Of a DNA stretch of 64,000 nucleotides, positions 63,906 to 64,000 are shown piece by piece. Source of the stretch: Elainellaceae cyanobacterium (GTDB lineage Bacteria > Cyanobacteriota > Cyanobacteriia > CAZCXK01); NCBI GenBank assembly GCA_051117555.1, contig JBNPEG010000006.1, positions 10,996 to 74,995 of the forward strand, written 5' to 3'. Positions within the stretch are counted from its first letter, which is position 1. Each line of letters opens with the position of its first letter. The position numbers and the translations under genes are program-made. A model generated the notes under the pieces. It worked only from the letters and a program-made list of their open reading frames with translations. It searched no databases and was not told the DNA's origin.

Positions 63906-64000
63906 CTATTCTTGTGGAATCAGCCGCGTAAATTCTCCATCAGAGCGATTGGCGATGATTCCTTGCCGTAAAACCGTGAGTGCTTCTTGGTAGTAGGGAT
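63906..64000 (-). CDS. 3' end of a gene running off the window (partial, C-terminus ...PYYQEALTVLRQGIIANRSDGEFTRLIPQE*)
   Basis: Open minus-strand frame continuing to the window edge. Stop codon TAG at 63906-63908. No family assignable from 31 residues. Confidence 0.3.
   Translation of the reverse strand, partial: PYYQEALTVLRQGIIANRSDGEFTRLIPQE

Noticed and set aside
1-64000. CRISPR array or cas genes
   Set aside because: No series of regularly spaced identical 25-40-bp repeats was seen anywhere. The only tandem repeats are two or three units long and lie inside genes or short spacers. No Cas protein signatures were found.

Overview
The sequence is a 64-kb window of a cyanobacterial chromosome. 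This placement rests on dozens of HIP1 octamers (GCGATCGC), a fused panC-cmk gene, an rpsL-rpsG-fusA-tuf-rpsJ str operon, ferredoxin-type glutamate synthase, Psb28 and SLH-domain proteins.

The window is mostly densely packed core chromosome. About 46 protein-coding genes can be supported, including rlpA-like, panC/cmk, lipA, ggt, adk, tldD/pmbA, gltS, iscA, trx, lnt, gyrA, leuA and psb28. There is one tRNA-Asp(GUC) on the minus strand and several rho-independent terminators. No rRNA, CRISPR array or recognisable IS/transposase was found.

The unexplained structure is in the non-coding DNA and in a few gene neighbourhoods:
- Two families of small dispersed palindromic/foldback (MITE-like) repeats sit in intergenic regions. 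The foldback family is at ~16163-16420 and 60802-60875 with a degenerate copy at 42100-42270. A second hairpin family is at 49358-49421 and 58961-59066.
- Two conspicuously AT-rich, apparently gene-free stretches occur at 41468-42779 (1.3 kb after gyrA) and 44361-45291 (0.93 kb upstream of a NYN/LabA-like gene). The first carries a perfect 49-bp palindrome and an internally duplicated ~100-bp unit.
- An EGY-type site-2 protease gene overlaps the start codon of a downstream gene. That gene encodes a PIN-like nuclease domain, a Pro-rich linker, a single C-terminal TM helix and a perfect 42-bp tandem duplication. It is a plausible regulated-intramembrane-proteolysis substrate pair.
- A predicted dual nuclease (Cas4-like Fe-S PD-(D/E)XK plus DnaQ-like exonuclease, TM0106 type) lies next to tRNA-Asp and a 598-aa uncharacterised protein.
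- A compact operon encodes small membrane-anchored YtxH-like and DUF948-like proteins.
- A large SLH protein has an N-terminal beta-helix and two SLH triplets.
- Perfect in-frame tandem repeats occur inside two membrane proteins.

All functional calls are by eye from motifs in the translated ORFs. None was checked against a database.
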